A stretch of DNA of 64,000 bases from Octopus sinensis (lineage: Eukaryota): positions 12,896,001 through 12,960,000 of the forward strand of contig NC_043007.1 in NCBI RefSeq assembly GCF_006345805.1, given 5' to 3'. This document shows, piece after piece, positions 63,691 to 64,000 of the stretch; position 1 is the stretch's first letter, and the number at the start of each line of letters is the position of its first letter. The notes beneath the pieces are model-generated. The model saw only the letters and a program-made list of their open reading frames with translations, was not told where the DNA came from and did not search any database. Both the position numbers and the translations under genes were made by a program.

Positions 63691-64000
63691 ATTTACTTTT
63701 ACCAGGATCCTGTTGTGTGTATGTGTGTGTGTGTGTGAGATCTCAATCACTTATGTGCCATGGAAACCAAAGTTCTTCAGCCTTATAAACTCAAGGGCTC
63801 ATGACCAATCCTAAGTGTCTTGCTCGAGGGCTCAATGTACTGCCCAGTTCAGGGGTCAAACTCTTGACTTTATAGTCACAAGCTCAAAACCTGACCAATA
63901 GGCTACTCACCTTCAGGCACACATATTCATCAATTAAAATACATACACACACACACATAAATACACAGATATAGCCAAAGACTCATTTACATGGAAATAC

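Overview
AT-rich eukaryotic (animal) genomic DNA, dominated by (TA)n/(CA)n/(AAT)n microsatellites, tRNA-derived SINEs, MITEs, Helitron-like elements and LINE relics. The repeat repertoire resembles an octopus/cephalopod genome (inference from memory, not a database result). One protein-coding gene is supported: a minus-strand, multi-exon DUF229-family (alkaline-phosphatase/sulfatase superfamily) predicted type II membrane protein. Its exons are 23630-25096, 17981-18292 and 15732-15947, joined by phase-0 GT-AG introns, with a candidate upstream coding exon at 32559-32606. There is one tRNA-Leu(AAG) gene at 42611-42692 (-). Almost all other listed ORFs are microsatellite or SINE artefacts. The most interesting observations are: three minimal hammerhead-ribozyme-like motifs in Penelope-like tails; a TTAA-MITE dimer that appears to have moved as a composite with a captured 23-bp spacer; a terminator-less tRNA-Leu fused to a SINE tail (possible nascent SINE); a fold-back Tc1/mariner derivative; 8-bp-TSD GG-ended (Merlin-like) MITEs carrying telomeric repeats; SINEs with swapped tails; and several long near-perfect palindromes. 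No prokaryotic systems or CRISPR arrays are present. All alignments were made by eye.
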